Of a stretch of 64,000 nucleotides of DNA, positions 12,352-25,600 are shown piece by piece. Position 1 is the first letter of the stretch; each line of letters opens with the position of its first letter. The notes beneath the pieces were generated by a model that worked only from the letters and a program-made list of their open reading frames with translations, was not told the origin of the DNA and did not search any database. A program made the translations under genes and the position numbers. Source of the stretch: Octopus sinensis (taxonomy: Eukaryota); assembly GCF_006345805.1 (NCBI RefSeq), contig NC_042997.1, forward strand, positions 48,918,001 to 48,982,000, written 5' to 3'.

Positions 12352-12513
12352 CGACGGGTTTCTTTCAGTTTCCGTCTACCAAATCCACCCACAAGGCTTT
12401 GGTCGGCCCGAGGCTATAGTAGAAGACACTTGCCCAAGGTGCCACGCAGTGGGACTGAACCCGGAACCATGTGGTTGGAAAACAAGCTACTTACCACACA
12501 GCCACTCCTGCGT
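12072..12513 (-). mobile_element. Full-length CORE-like octopus SINE
   Basis: Reverse complement of cgcaggagtggctgtgtggtaagtagc...caccttgggcaagtgtctt...gactgaaacaaataaaag. Confidence 0.92.
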
Positions 12514-13835
12514 ATGTGTGTGTGTTTTGTTTTGCTTTTGTTTTTTGGGTGGGGACCGTTGACTTAACATTTTAAAGGCTAATGTTGATGAAATTAGTCG
12601 ATAATATATCGTCAGAATACCCGCCAAACAGTCAGCGCCACTAAGACTCTGAGCCGTGTATTTAATGACAAATAAGACAGAACCATTGACAGTTAACTTT
12701 TTATCAATTGTTCAGGTTCTATCTTTCTGTGATGGATCTGTTTAGTTGGGGTGATAAGGTTCACCAGCAAAAGTAATTGATATGTTTACTCGGTGATTCA
12801 TAAGAATAAGAGCAATGCCCATGACTTTCGCATCCATTCCCAAATTAGAAATATACGGCTATCTGTTCTGAACGTTAACAGACCAATATCAGCAGATGGA
12901 AGGGAATTATAAAGGAATTGAGAATCTGGTAGGGAAAGCTCCAGAGAAAACTCTGCTAAAAAGTACCCCCCAAATTAGTTGCTAGTGTTAAATTGTATGA
13001 CATTCAACGGGAGATAATTTCACAAAACGAGGCTAAAGTTCCGTACACTAAGAGGTGTTTGATCCGTATCTTAAACTAATGGTTAAGGCAGGGATCAAAA
13101 CATTGGCCTTGCATGTAGTTCAGAGAAGGTAGAATCTATCCATTCAGTTTTTCACAGGACAAATACTTTCTCTGCTGGCGAAAAATATGCTTGTTTATCA
13201 CTATATGTTTAAGGTACTTATAATTTTAGCTATGGAATTATTGCATACTATAACCAGTATATACATATCCTGATTGATAAACACCGCTATCATACTTCTT
13301 TATGCTATTGATTGTTGTTTACGGTAATCTTTACATTTATCTTTTCTAAAGAATTTGTTTGTTTTCTTCTCTTTATCCGCTTTCTTTCAAATATGCTTGA
13401 ATTTGCTCTGAGACATTTCTTTCAAAACATACCAAACCGTTTTAAAAACAACGGACACTTTGGATAATGTAGTCTTAGATAAACTAAATAAGATTACTCG
13501 AACGTATTTGATCTTATAATTACTCGATCAGAACTGGTCTAGTGTTAAACAACAGCAAAGAAATCTTAGGTGCCTCTACCCAATAAAACTTCTATAATTT
13601 GGAATATAGGGAACACATATCTAGTTAAAGAAGATTTAATTCCATTCCTGTTCAAACAGCTTTACTGCTGTTTTATTAACTAACGTGATCTTAATTAACT
13701 GTTTAAGATTATAGGAAAGAGTATGTTGTGACGTTCATTATTCGGAGCGACAAAATAATTCAAATGTGTTCAACGTTGGTTATTGGTCGTAGTTATCTGA
13801 CCGCATACCAATAGCTCACACCAGGCTAGACTTAG

Positions 13836-13960
<125 letters not shown>

Positions 13961-15031
13961 TGTACCAATTTCTTAGAAGTTATCACATGGGCATAATTTA
14001 TTCCAAAGCGGTCTATATCATTCTACTGAATGAGAGCAAAATGAGTGAATATATTCATGGTTTTGAATATGAAAAGCCAGCTAGTGGAACTGAAGACATC
14101 TTCAAGAAAAGCCATAAAAATTCTGCATGTATAGAAGAATGAGTTATTCTGCTTAGATTACTCTATTTCCAAAGAATCTTCTAAGCAAAAGAACCGGTGA
14201 AAGAATAGATTGAAATATCGAATACAATCCTGACAATTCCACAGCTTTTAAGTCAATATTAACACACTCCGGAAGGCATCTTAATATTCAAATGCGTATT
14301 CTTCCATAATATACATATATTTCCTGTTGAAATACTTTTATTCTGTCTAAATACCTTATATAGCTCAAATATATGAAACCAAGAAAAAGTAATTAATATA
14401 AGTAATATGATTAAGTTTTCTCTTTTTTTTACTTTTATTATATATTAAAGTTGTCTAACCTCTTCAGAAACGACGAATGACAGTGTGATGAAAAGGTTAT
14501 GTGAAAAGATAAGACGAGATAAGTCATACATATTTGTAATTAGTTATCATAATGATTTCCTGTTGAGGAGATCGAAGGAAGCGTCAAAGTGGAGTTAGTT
14601 TCCAATTGAATGCATCGTGTAGCAGCAGGAAAAGTAATATGAAATGTGCTTTTATTTGTAGTTTTTTTTTCAATTACACATTGGAACCATTTGATATTAA
14701 TCTCAGCTTTTTTTATTTTGTTACGTAAAAAGTTATGAGAATTTAATAAAAAAAAAAGGCGAAACATTTAATTTCACTTTTATCCGACGCTAATATATAC
14801 ACACACACTTATAAGCACACATGCACTAATGTGTACACGTCTTTATATATACATATATGCGTGCGTGTGTGTGTGTGTATGTATGTATGTATGTATGTAT
14901 GTATGTATGTATGTATGTATGTATGTACGTATGTATGTATGTATGTATGTGTGGGTATGTATGTATGTATATATTTATATATATATATATATATTCATAT
15001 ATATATATATACATGTATATGTTTGTGGGTA

Positions 15032-18000
15032 GTGGGTAGCGAACATCTTCACTACTTCAGGGAGTGACGACCCTGCCTGACACGAGTTCCGGTCTCAGCT
15101 GGCTCCGGCTGACAGTACCCGGTATGGGCCCCTATCCAGGGTTACGGAAAGGAGACAACCTTCAATGAAATCCGGAGTGGAGCCCCGAAGGCGGTCTAGT
15201 GTTCGATTCGACACTCTTCCGGCAGCTCCTGCAACCAAGCTGGTGCCAAACGTAATGCACTGCACTCCACTGGACTACATCAGCAAGGTCGAGAGAGGAA
15301 ACCTGACGATTGGGCTACCCAGGACTTTCTTATCTAAAGCCCAGGCCTGCGCAAAACTGGAGAGGACACTTCAGTGCTGCTGTAAAAAGCTGAAGAAACA
15401 ACACGGGAGGTAACAGTTACGAGTGATAAGTCCATTCAGATTGGCGTAAAATATGGACGCTACGGGTTACCTCTGCCGGTGGGAGGGACTTCCGTCCTAT
15501 TGGTTAGCTACTGCCCACCTCAAGCTGGGCAGCCCCCAGTTAATAAGGTGCTGACCCGCCACAAGCCGCCTGTTCCATTGGGTGCTTGGAGCTAAGAGTA
15601 CGACTCGAAAAGCGGCCTGCAACCTCTGCACCAGGCAAGCAACTAAAATTCAAGAAAACACCAGTCTGCAGTTGGCAAGCTGGAATGTCAGGACCATGTG
15701 TCCTGGAATATCTGACGATCTTCTCAGTATTGAAGACACAAGGAAAACGGCCATCATTGACCGTGAACTAAAGAGGCTCAACATAGATATTGCTGGGCTG
15801 CAGGAGACAAGACTTCCCTCAAACGGCAGACTCAAAGAGCAGGACTTCACCTTCTTTTGGCAGGAAGAGATCCAGAAGAACCTCGTCAACATGGCGTTGG
15901 CTTTGCAGTGAGAAACTCACTACTCTCCTCAATAGAACCACCATCGGGAGGCACTGAGCGTATCCTCTCACTGCGCCTCTCGACTTCTTCTGGCTCAGTA
16001 CATCTACTCAGCATCTATGCTCCCACTCTCTACAGCTCAGAGGAGACCAAGGACCAGTTCTACAAAGATCTCAACTGTGTCCTAGAAAATATACCAACGA
16101 CTGAAAATATCTACCTTCTAGGGGATTTTAACGCTCGCGTGGGATCTGACCATGATTCGTGGCCCATTTGTGTTGGACACTTTGGTATTGGCAACATGAA
16201 TGACAATGGTCAGAGACTACTCGAATTCTGCACATACCACAACCTGTGCATCACACACACACATTCTTCACCAGCAAGCCATCACAAGGCATCCTGGAGA
16301 CATCCAAGATCTCACCACTGGCATCAGCTGGATCTCATCATTACACGGAGATCCTTTCTGAGTTCCACTCTATTGACCCGCAGTTACCACAGTGCGGATT
16401 GTGACACAGACCACTCACTAATTAGAAGCAGGGTGAGGATTCTCCCTAAAAAAGTCCATCGCTCCAAGAAAGTGGGCCGACCACGCATCAACACCCGCCA
16501 GAACCTCGGACCCTACACTGCGAAAATGTTTTGCTGCTTCTATCAAGGTTGCCCTCAGTAGCTGCCCAACCTCCTCTGCTGAAAGTAGGTGGGACTATAT
16601 CAGGGAAGCCTTGTATACGACATCATTGGATACTTTCGGCATGAGAGAAAGGCAAAACCCAGATTGGTTCAATGCTGGGCTCTCAGAGCTGGAGCCAGTT
16701 ATCGAAGCAAAGCGTGCAGCTCTGGTGCAATACAAGAGTGACTCTTCTACAAAGTCACTCGAAGAACTCAGAAAGGCACGAAATAAAACCCAACTGACAG
16801 CCAGATGCTGTGCAAATAGGTATTGGCAGGAAATCTGTCAGAGTATCCAGTCAGCAGCTGCTGACAGGGGCGACACCCGTGGGATGTATGCCGGTTTGAA
16901 GAAGGCCCTCGGTCCATCCGCAACCAAGTCAGCCCCTCTGAAATCAACTACTGGAGATCTCATCAGGGATCAAGGCAAGCAAATGGATAGATGGGTGGAG
17001 CACTACCAGGATCTCTACTCACGGGAGACCACAGTGGCTGAGGCTGCAGTCGAGAGTGTCAAGATCTTGCCAGTCATGTGCGAACTTGACAGTCCGCCAT
17101 CTATAGCAGAGCTCACCAAGGCTGTTGACTCCCTAGCAAGAAATAAGGCTCCGGGAAAGACGGCATCCCCTCAGAGATCATCAAAGCCGGCAAAAACACC
17201 ATCCTGCTTCGGCACCTTCATGAGCTTCTGTGTCAGTGCTGGGAAGAGGGTACAGTCCCTCAGGATATGCGGAATGCCAACATCATTACGCTCTACAAAA
17301 ACAAAGGTGACCGTGGTGATTGTAACAATTACCGTGGTATATCCCTTCTAAGCACTGTTGGAAAGACCTTTGCCCGCGTTATCCTGGCCAGGCTACAACA
17401 CTACTTGCTTCTCGAATCTATCCGGAATCGCAGTGTGGCTTTAGAAGAAGCAGATCAACTATCGATATGATATTCTCCATACGCCAACTTCAGGAGAAGT
17501 CCAGAGAGCAGAAAATGCCATTATATATGGCCTTCATTGATCTAACAAAGGCTTTTGACTCGGTAAGCAGAACAGGCCTCTTCCTCCTGCTCCAAAAAAT
17601 CGGATGTCCACCAAAGCTGCTGAGGATCATCAAGTCTTTCCATGATGACATGCAAGGCACCATACAGCACAACGGTTCAACATCAGCCGCCTTCCAAATA
17701 AAAAACGGGGTAAAGCAAGGCTGTGTCCTCGCTCCTACATTGTTTGGCATCTTCTTCTCACTCTTACTGTCACATGCCTTTCAGACATCAGATGATGGAG
17801 TGTTTCTGCACAGTAGAAGTGACGGGAAACTGTTCAATCTCTCGCGCCTGCGTGCCGAGACCAAAATCAGAAATGTCCTGATCAAGGAGATGTTATTTGC
17901 TGATGATGCCGCTCTGGTAACACACACAGAAGAAGCCCTCCAAAGGCTCATTAACTGTTTTGAGCAAGCATGTAACGACTTTGGCTTAGCTATCAGCCTT

Positions 18001-18923
18001 AAGAAGACCAACATCATGGGCCAGGCTACATCGGACATCCCAAACATACATATTGGAGACCACAGATTACAAGAGGTGGAGAAGTTTACCTATCTGGGCT
18101 CTACCGTCACCTACAACCTATCCCTTGACGCTGAGCTCAATATACGCATTGGCAAGGCAGCTGCTGCGATGGCCCAACTCTCCAAACGGGCTTGGGACAA
18201 CAATAAGCTGACCAAGACCACAAAAATGAAGATCTACCAGGCATGTGTACTCAGCACTCTACTGTATGGAAGCGAGACCTGGACGCTATACACACGCCAA
18301 GAGCGTCGCCTAAACATCTTTCACCTGCGCTGCCTCCGAAAAATCCTCCACATAAAATGGCAGAATCATATCCCCAACAAAGATGTCCTCAGGCAAGCAG
18401 GAATACCAAGCATGTTTGCACTACTCACACAAAGACGTATGAGATGGCTTGGGCATGTTAGCCGTATGAAAGATGGCAGAATCCCCAAGACATACTCTAC
18501 GGAGAGCTTGCTAAGGGTACTAGGTCTGTGGGTAGACCGATCTTACGTTACAAGGATGTTTGCAAAAGGGATATGAAGGCCTGCAACATCAACATTAGCG
18601 GTTGGGAGGCAGTCGCCGGCAACCGTGGAGAATGGCGACGTATAGTAAAAGAGGGTATACAGAGGAGTGACAGAGAGAGAGAGGAGAAATGGAAAGAAAG
18701 GAAGAGACATAACAAGAGACCATGGCACTACAACCAGCCAGGAACAGTCTTCGCTACATTTGCAGTACCTGCCAGAGGGAGTGTTTGTCCAAGATAGGAC
18801 TACACAACCACAGCAAGAAATGTAACAGGAAATAAAATATAACAGCCGGACTAGACCTAGGAAAAAAAAAAAAAAAAAAAAGCGCAACTCCATTGTCTCC
18901 CGAGACAGAAAGGATGCCAAACA
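15032..18923 (+). mobile_element. Full-length RTE (BovB-like) LINE with 15-bp TSD
   Basis: TSD atatgtttgtgggta at 15017-15031 and 18924-18938; ~550-bp GC-rich 5' UTR; APE + RT + C-terminal zinc finger; 3' end gcgcaactccattgtctcccgagacagaaaggatgccaaaca. Confidence 0.95.
15582..18835 (+). pseudogene. Frameshifted RTE ORF: AP endonuclease, reverse transcriptase, C-terminal Cys/His finger
   Basis: ASWNVRTM, GLQETR, SIYAPT, LGDFNARVG, DCDTDH (APE); FIDLTKAFDSV, GVKQGCVLAPTLF, LFADDAAL, FTYLGS (RT); [23 protein letters not shown]. Split over at least 5 reading-frame segments. Confidence 0.95.
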
Positions 18924-18953
18924 ATATGTTTGTGGGTATGTGTGTATATGTTG

Positions 18954-18985
<32 letters not shown>

Positions 18986-19865
18986 TTATGTATGTATATA
19001 TGTATATATATATGTATGCATTTAAGTATGTATGTATGCACGCATGTACGTGTATATATGAATATAAATATAAACATGTATATGTAGAAAATATTGTCTT
19101 ATACTGAATTACATTGCATTATTTTATATTATATTACATCATATTAAATTATATAATATTACATTATCTTATATGATATTATATAATATCATAAGTGTGT
19201 AAGTATGGAGTGACAGAAAAACAGATTTAAAGAAAGTGTGAAGATTTGAAATTATAATAATTTATTAATGCATTAGAATGTTTAAAGGGAAAATGGAAGC
19301 TGTGATGTTGAAATATCTCCCAAGTCTAATATATCCGAATATAGTCTTTGTCCCATTTTATTATCCAAATGCAATATAGCATGTTTATGTATACATGATT
19401 TATAGATAAGATGGAGCACAGATTTATAAATATCATTGAAATTGCGTTTCAATAGACTTGTTGAGTTAAAAGGAATATATTCAAGTGCAATGATGGAAAT
19501 GTATTCATGCGGTGTTGGGAGATTTTTCAATATTATTGAGAACAATGTGTACGTCTCGCGTATACGTCATGCATCGTTCTTCGGCAACCAAAGGGCTGGG
19601 CTATAATAACATATGTCATCGTCAAAATAGTAGGGGTCGGAAATTATCAATGATAGTTCACCAGCCACTAAGCGGCAAAGATTGTTCAGAAATATAATTA
19701 TTTGTAACACATAGTCAAAGACATGTAAGTTGATATTGATATACATATGCTTGAGCCTTTGTGTCTGTATGAGTTTATAAACACACACACGTACATATAA
19801 GTGCAATTGCCTGGTACTGGCTTCAGTCACTTAAGTACAGTCATTATGAAATCATATCAAAACTA

Positions 19866-20749
19866 CAGGAAGTTCGCACTAAATTTGACGGATTTTTATG
19901 TCTTCTTTCTTCAAGAACAATTTGATGTATTGGTGGACAGTCAATGGAGTTGGTGAGGATAAAGATTAAAGTTGTAGTTGAGAAAAAATTAGCAGACATG
20001 GAGGCCTGGAAGCGATCTGAAGATTAGAAAAGAGTTACTTGTATCATGATGATTCTCGCCGGGTATTAAAATACCGATATCATAACTACTGCTCAGTGCT
20101 CTGTAAACACTGTAAAGTCTGTAAGACGTAACAAAGGCAGCTGCAACGGAGACTACGAAGCCGTAACAAGCAGGAAACGACACAGCAGGCATTCTGACTG
20201 CGTGCGCACGCCAGAGTCCATCCAGCAACAGAGCTTTAGGCTCAGTTTAGATGTCTGCTAATGACTGTGATCAATCCATGGCTGGAGGAGGTTACAGCTG
20301 CAAGGCCACATATGTGATGGCAATATTCGGCTCCTTGACATACGTCCATAAGGTGTCAGAAGCGGTTATCGGAAATTTTTCTACGACTTCACCAAACCGA
20401 ATTTCTGACCTCCTAATTCCTCCAATTCAAATCGCATGGATTTCTATGTGTTAGGCGCGGTTGAAAAAGATACAAACCGCTCTGTATGCAACACCAAGGC
20501 CGAGCTGGTGACCAAGATCTAGGAGGTGTTTGAAGATTTTCCCAGTGTCATAGGGCAGAACGCATGCACTAGGTCCAGGAGCCAATTTGAGGGCCGCGGT
20601 GGAAGCTGAGGGCCGTTTCTTTCAGTAAACTTTTATCTCCCAATCATAATTTCGTTGATTTTTATTGTTTAAACATACTTTTACTTTTGGATGACACATA
20701 GTGTTTACTTTCTTTTATATAAACTGTCAAATTTAGACCGAATACCCTG
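19866..20749 (+). mobile_element. Internally deleted Tc1/mariner (maT/DD37D-like) element with both TIRs
   Basis: TIRs caggaagttcgcactaaatttgacgg / ctgtcaaatttagaccgaataccctg; remnants RKRHSRHSDCVRTPE and PPNS..RMDFYV.GAVEKDTN. Confidence 0.85.
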
Positions 20750-20839
20750 TCATATAGTCACATACACAACATACTCATGAGGGTATACTACTACATATGT
20801 GTCTATATGTGCATATGTGTATAACGTGAAGAGGTCACT

Positions 20840-21200
20840 GTTGGTCTACGACGGCAAGATTTGAGTTATGTAAATCGGTAAAACGTGTTCAGTGAACTTG
20901 CCGCGAGGTGTGCAAAATCCAACGTTTCGGACAATCTCTTTCTTCAGAGGGGGAGAGAAATAAATGAGGGCCTGAAAAGTTTTCCATGCTCTAAATAAAA
21001 CGACAAGCTGCAGTTGATAAAGAACATAGGACAACGTGAGAGTCATACGTGAACAAGAAGTAGTAGGAGAAACAATGCGAAAGAAGAAGGAGTGAGAAAT
21101 GGGATGATAGGAAGCATGTAAAATTGAGGGTGAGGTGAGGGAAAAATATGAGGGGAGAGTGGAGTTAAAAGATTAGAAATACCTTAATGAACTAAGAGAG
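20840..21200 (-). mobile_element. PLE-like terminal relic with degenerate minimal hammerhead
   Basis: Minus strand ccccct CTGAAGA aagagattgtcc GAAAC GT T gg at 20918-20952, preceded by a pyrimidine-rich tract. Confidence 0.5.
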
Positions 21201-21748
21201 GTGTAGAAGAAGTAGAAGGAATGACCTGTCGGTGACATGCTGCCCACAAAGCCCAAACTTACACCTGGATCTGTCCATCCATTTCTCCTTAATCTTCCGC
21301 ATCTTGACGTTGTTTTCATGCAGTATTGATAGGTCACACCAAAATATCCATAGGCTCCGCAAACAGAGATCTCATGCTGCAGGATCATGCAGATCATCTC
21401 CTGTGTAGCAGCAGCAATAGGTCGCCGTCACTAGGCAAATCAAAGAAACGTTATAGCACCTCACCTTTCTTAAACATAAATGCTATGCAGTTTGAATCTT
21501 TGCAATTACTTCAAACTCCAAGCATCGCTATTCTGTTGAGCATTTATCCTCACCACAACAAAAGCTGTTTCTCATAGAGTGGACTTCCTCTTTATAACCA
21601 GAAAGTACTTCAGCCTCAAACAACTACTAAATCAAGTGTGACTGACAAAGGAGTACTCAGATTTCTGAGTTAGTGCTGCTGCTGAACGCATTCTAAACTA
21701 AATTCAAAGTAATAGGAGTGATTGTGTGGTAAGTAGCTTGGTTACCTA

Positions 21749-22405
21749 AGTTGCTGACTTCCGTTTAACATAATTCCTGTTTGTGTCTTCAGCTGGTCAG
21801 AAGCGCATTTTTTGTTCTGTGGATTACCTGTTTTCTATGTGGAGTACCTGTCTAAACTGTCTCTTCTATTCAGATTATTACTTGTGAAATTTTTCTGACG
21901 CCTCCCAGAGCGGGAAGGTAAGAAACATTTTTTTGAAAATTTCTGTGCAAAAAAAACTGAACTTTATTAAGCCGTTGTAGGCTTTTTGTTGCGCCCCGCC
22001 CCCAAGTGGGGAAGGGATTGGAACTACCATCTTTTGTTAGGCTTAGTGGAAGCTATATTACGTTTTTTCTTAACATTTTCTGAACTATTATTATAGGCTC
22101 CCACTTTTGTGGGGGTAATACATTTGTTTTTTGTTGTGTGAACGAATTATTGTTGAACCGATGTAAAGCTTTACACCGAACCCCACCCCCAGTGGGGGTA
22201 GGACTTGAAACATTATCCTCCCTAGAAGGAAAAACTCTGTCTTGTTTCTGACTTTGTTAATTTCGGCCGTGTATGTTGGTCGAAATTATCAGAAATGTAC
22301 CCTCGAAGAGGGAGGTGTCAGTGCTAGCAATGGTGCCACCACTGCTAACAAGTTTGTGGCTGTTTCAGCCGTTGCAAAAGATACAATTAATATTCCCCTA
22401 GAAAA
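21749..22405 (+). mobile_element. Probable LINE (L1/Tx1-like) 5' UTR and start of ORF1, splitting a SINE
   Basis: Begins near gacttccg, a motif common at L1/Tx1 5' ends; multiple GC hairpins; open frame ...ANKFVAVSAVAKDTINIPLENL; SINE head at 21712-21748 and SINE tail at 22410-22640 flank it. Confidence 0.4.
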
Positions 22406-22409
22406 CTTA

Positions 22410-22640
22410 TATATGTATGTGTGTGTGTATATGTTTGTGTCTGTGTTTATCCCCCCAACATCGCTTGACAACCGATGCTGGTGCGTTTACGCCCCTGTAA
22501 CTTAGCGGTTCGGCATAAGAGAACTATAGAATAAGTACTAGGCTAACAAAGAATAAGTCTCGGGGTCGAATTGTTCGACTAAAGGTGGTACTCCAGCATG
22601 GCCGCAGTCAAATGACAGAAGCAAGTAAAAGTCAAAGAAA
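22410..22640 (+). mobile_element. 3' half of CORE-like SINE
   Basis: catcgcttgacaaccgatgctggtg...ccagcatggccgcagtcaaatgac. Confidence 0.9.
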
Positions 22641-25600
22641 AACCAACCCTAGGCCTTGCTCACTAACGTGCAGTGTCCCTTACTCTGCCGTCTCTACTGC
22701 TACTTCAGTAGCATCTACTCCTCAGAGATGGTAGACTATGTGCCATTTACTATCAAATTCGAAAAGAGAATTGACTCACCCCTCTCCCCCAATGCCGCCT
22801 CCTCTCATTCCTCACATTGACCATGAAATCTAATACTTTCCTTTTTAGTCATAATTCATATTTGTCCTGCAACCATCGACATGCTCTAAAACCGAGCGAA
22901 CACTAACATTATAATTCTCCCAAGTCACAAGGAAAGGACCTTCCTTCAATTCAAACAACTTAAAGAATAGGTGTGTGTTTTGTGTGTCTATCTATCTGTC
23001 TGCGTGTGTGTGAAGGTGTGTGCGTGTACATGTGTATGTATGTATGTGTGTGTTTAGTACGTTTATTTATGCATATAACCAATTGGCACACGCCCAGGCA
23101 ATTAGAGAGCTAGTCAGATGTACAAATACATATACTTAGCTCAGAGTGTTTGTCACTGACGACACCAGAATCAGATAAAAAAACACCCCTTGTTTGATGC
23201 TGCTGGTGTTATTCTGAGATTATTGTGTGTTTTTAACACATAAAGACATAAAGTCTCTTAAGTGAAGTTTCTTTGAGAAAAATATTACAGCTCGCACCGT
23301 TCTACGTTTGTATGTACATCTTAAGTGTTATACACATTGTTGATATATATATATATATATATATACATATATATACACATATATATATATATACATATGT
23401 GTGTGTGTGTGTGCGTGAGTGTGTGTTTGTGTGTAGACCGAAACAAAAGCAGACATACAGACAGATTTACGCAGATGTGTAGTTATTTCATATATGTGCA
23501 TGTGTAGGAATAGATGCATATGAACGCCTACACACAAACATTCAGATATGTATATGTATGCATGAATGTATGTATATATACATCATACATGCACATATAC
23601 ATTTATATATCTGTATGCGTGTATGTGTGATATAATTTTATATGTAATATAATACATGATGTATCATATTTAGCGTTTCTTTTTAACGAAGCTTAATGGC
23701 GTTATAATTTTAGGGGATGGAAAATGCGATACTGTTTATGCTTCTAGGCTTTAATAAATTCAATTGCTATGTTAGCCAATTATAATAATAGCGTTAAATC
23801 ATGATTCAAAATTGCATACAGTTCTCAACTCTACAGTTAACTAAGATGACAACTGCAGCAAGTTCACTGATTCTGTAAATCTGTTAAGATTCTCGATCGG
23901 AATCAATTCTTCTTCGTGTCTACTACCAATACCTTTAGGAAAAGGCATAGACATCAGTAAATCTATTTCCTCTCCTTAAAAATAGATATAGGCATGCGCG
24001 TCTTGTCACATGAAATCAATACTCTTCTTATAACCGTTTCGTTAATATCAGTCTTGATCAAATTAAACCGTCACTTAGACGTCGATTTTATACAGTTCCT
24101 TTCCTTCTATTTTCAATACTAAGTTCTCTTTATACAGCATTTCAATTGACGTCATATAATAGTGGTAGTGGTGGTGGTGGTGGTGGTAGTAGTGAAGATG
24201 GTAGTAGTGAAGGTGGTAGAAGGGTTGTCGAAAAGGAAAGGATGAAATTCCGGATGAAGCTCCTTACATTCTGATCTCAATAACATCAATTGTCAGAGAA
24301 GCTTGATACTTTGAAACAATAAAAGGCTTGATAAAGTTGCACTACTACCACTACTACTGCTGTTGATGATGATGATGATGATGATACTAATAATATATTA
24401 ACTGTGAACAGCTAAGTCGACAGAGTCGTTAAAGTATTGAACAGAGTTGTAGTTATCGTTCTGGCTCTCTACGCTCATAGTTTTAATTCCACCAAAGTCA
24501 ACTTTGTCCTCAAGGTCGATAGATAAAGTACCGTTCCTGTACAGGAGACAGTTCCGCTCTCTTTTCTTTTATTTTACTTTCTGTTTATCTGTCTTTCTGT
24601 CTTCTTGAAGAAATAGGCTGTGGTTAGATGAGGAGGTGACTGGGCTCCGCAAAACCTAAAAAGTAACCTGAGAAACGTTATATGGCAAAATGGTCCCTCA
24701 ATGACAACATCAAGTTATTGAGAGCCCAGGACAAAGCAAAGCATGTGAACTGAACCGTGACAAGATTTTCCTGCACCAAGTTGTTAATCTCTTCAAGCTA
24801 AGATATCGATATTGTTTCAATTCTCGCAATAAACTTTTTCGGCGTGTCCTTCAGAATATGTAAGAATTTTATACACCAGTTATTCTTTAAGAACTGGTTG
24901 TTTCGATCAAATTGTTGAAAGTTATAAAATATACTACGTAGTTACACAGTAGTAAATTTACCTTGTTTGAGAAGTGTTGAAAAGCAGTAGAAATAATACT
25001 CTTCGGTTTTAAATGGTTGAATTCTAAAGAAGAAATGGTAAATATCCGGACATACAGATATTGCGATATAATTTCAGTTCGTAATTGAAGTAATTTTAGT
25101 CCACTTAAACCAATATAATATACTTTGTGAAAGGTATTAACAACGTGGTATATATTTTCTTGTTCCACTAAACTGTAACGGTTTTGTGTATGATAAAAAT
25201 CAAATACTGTATTCTCATTATATAGAATTTCCGATTCTTAACAACCATACTATCAATTTTCATTAAGTAAAAGTATTTATTGATTTTTTGTTCCTCCATA
25301 GTGTCAATACGTCAACTCAAAACTGTTCAAATAATTTTCTCGAACGTTGATTGCTAAAGAATAGGTTAAACCGCCCTTAAATGTATTTGAAATCAGATCT
25401 CCTGTTAACCATTCGATAACGACTTCTGATCTAACTGGATGTTTTATATTACCACAATTCAACGTCATTTCTTTTTATTTCTATCTTCTAATTTTTTTCT
25501 CTTGCTTCTCTTTCATGCTAACAAACTATTGTTATCTTTCCAGACCAAACACACCCAGCCTCTAAGATAGCAACACTTAAGTACAACAGTATAAATATTC

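Noticed and set aside
12207-12567. Recurring ORFs such as MSSNA..TRLWSARGYSRRHLPKV (also 53221-53599, 59213-59407, 61611-62124)
   Set aside because: Antisense or sense translations of the same SINE family, not a gene family
23150-23220. CTGACGA followed by caccag/ctggtg stem
   Set aside because: No GAAA or NUH after the stem
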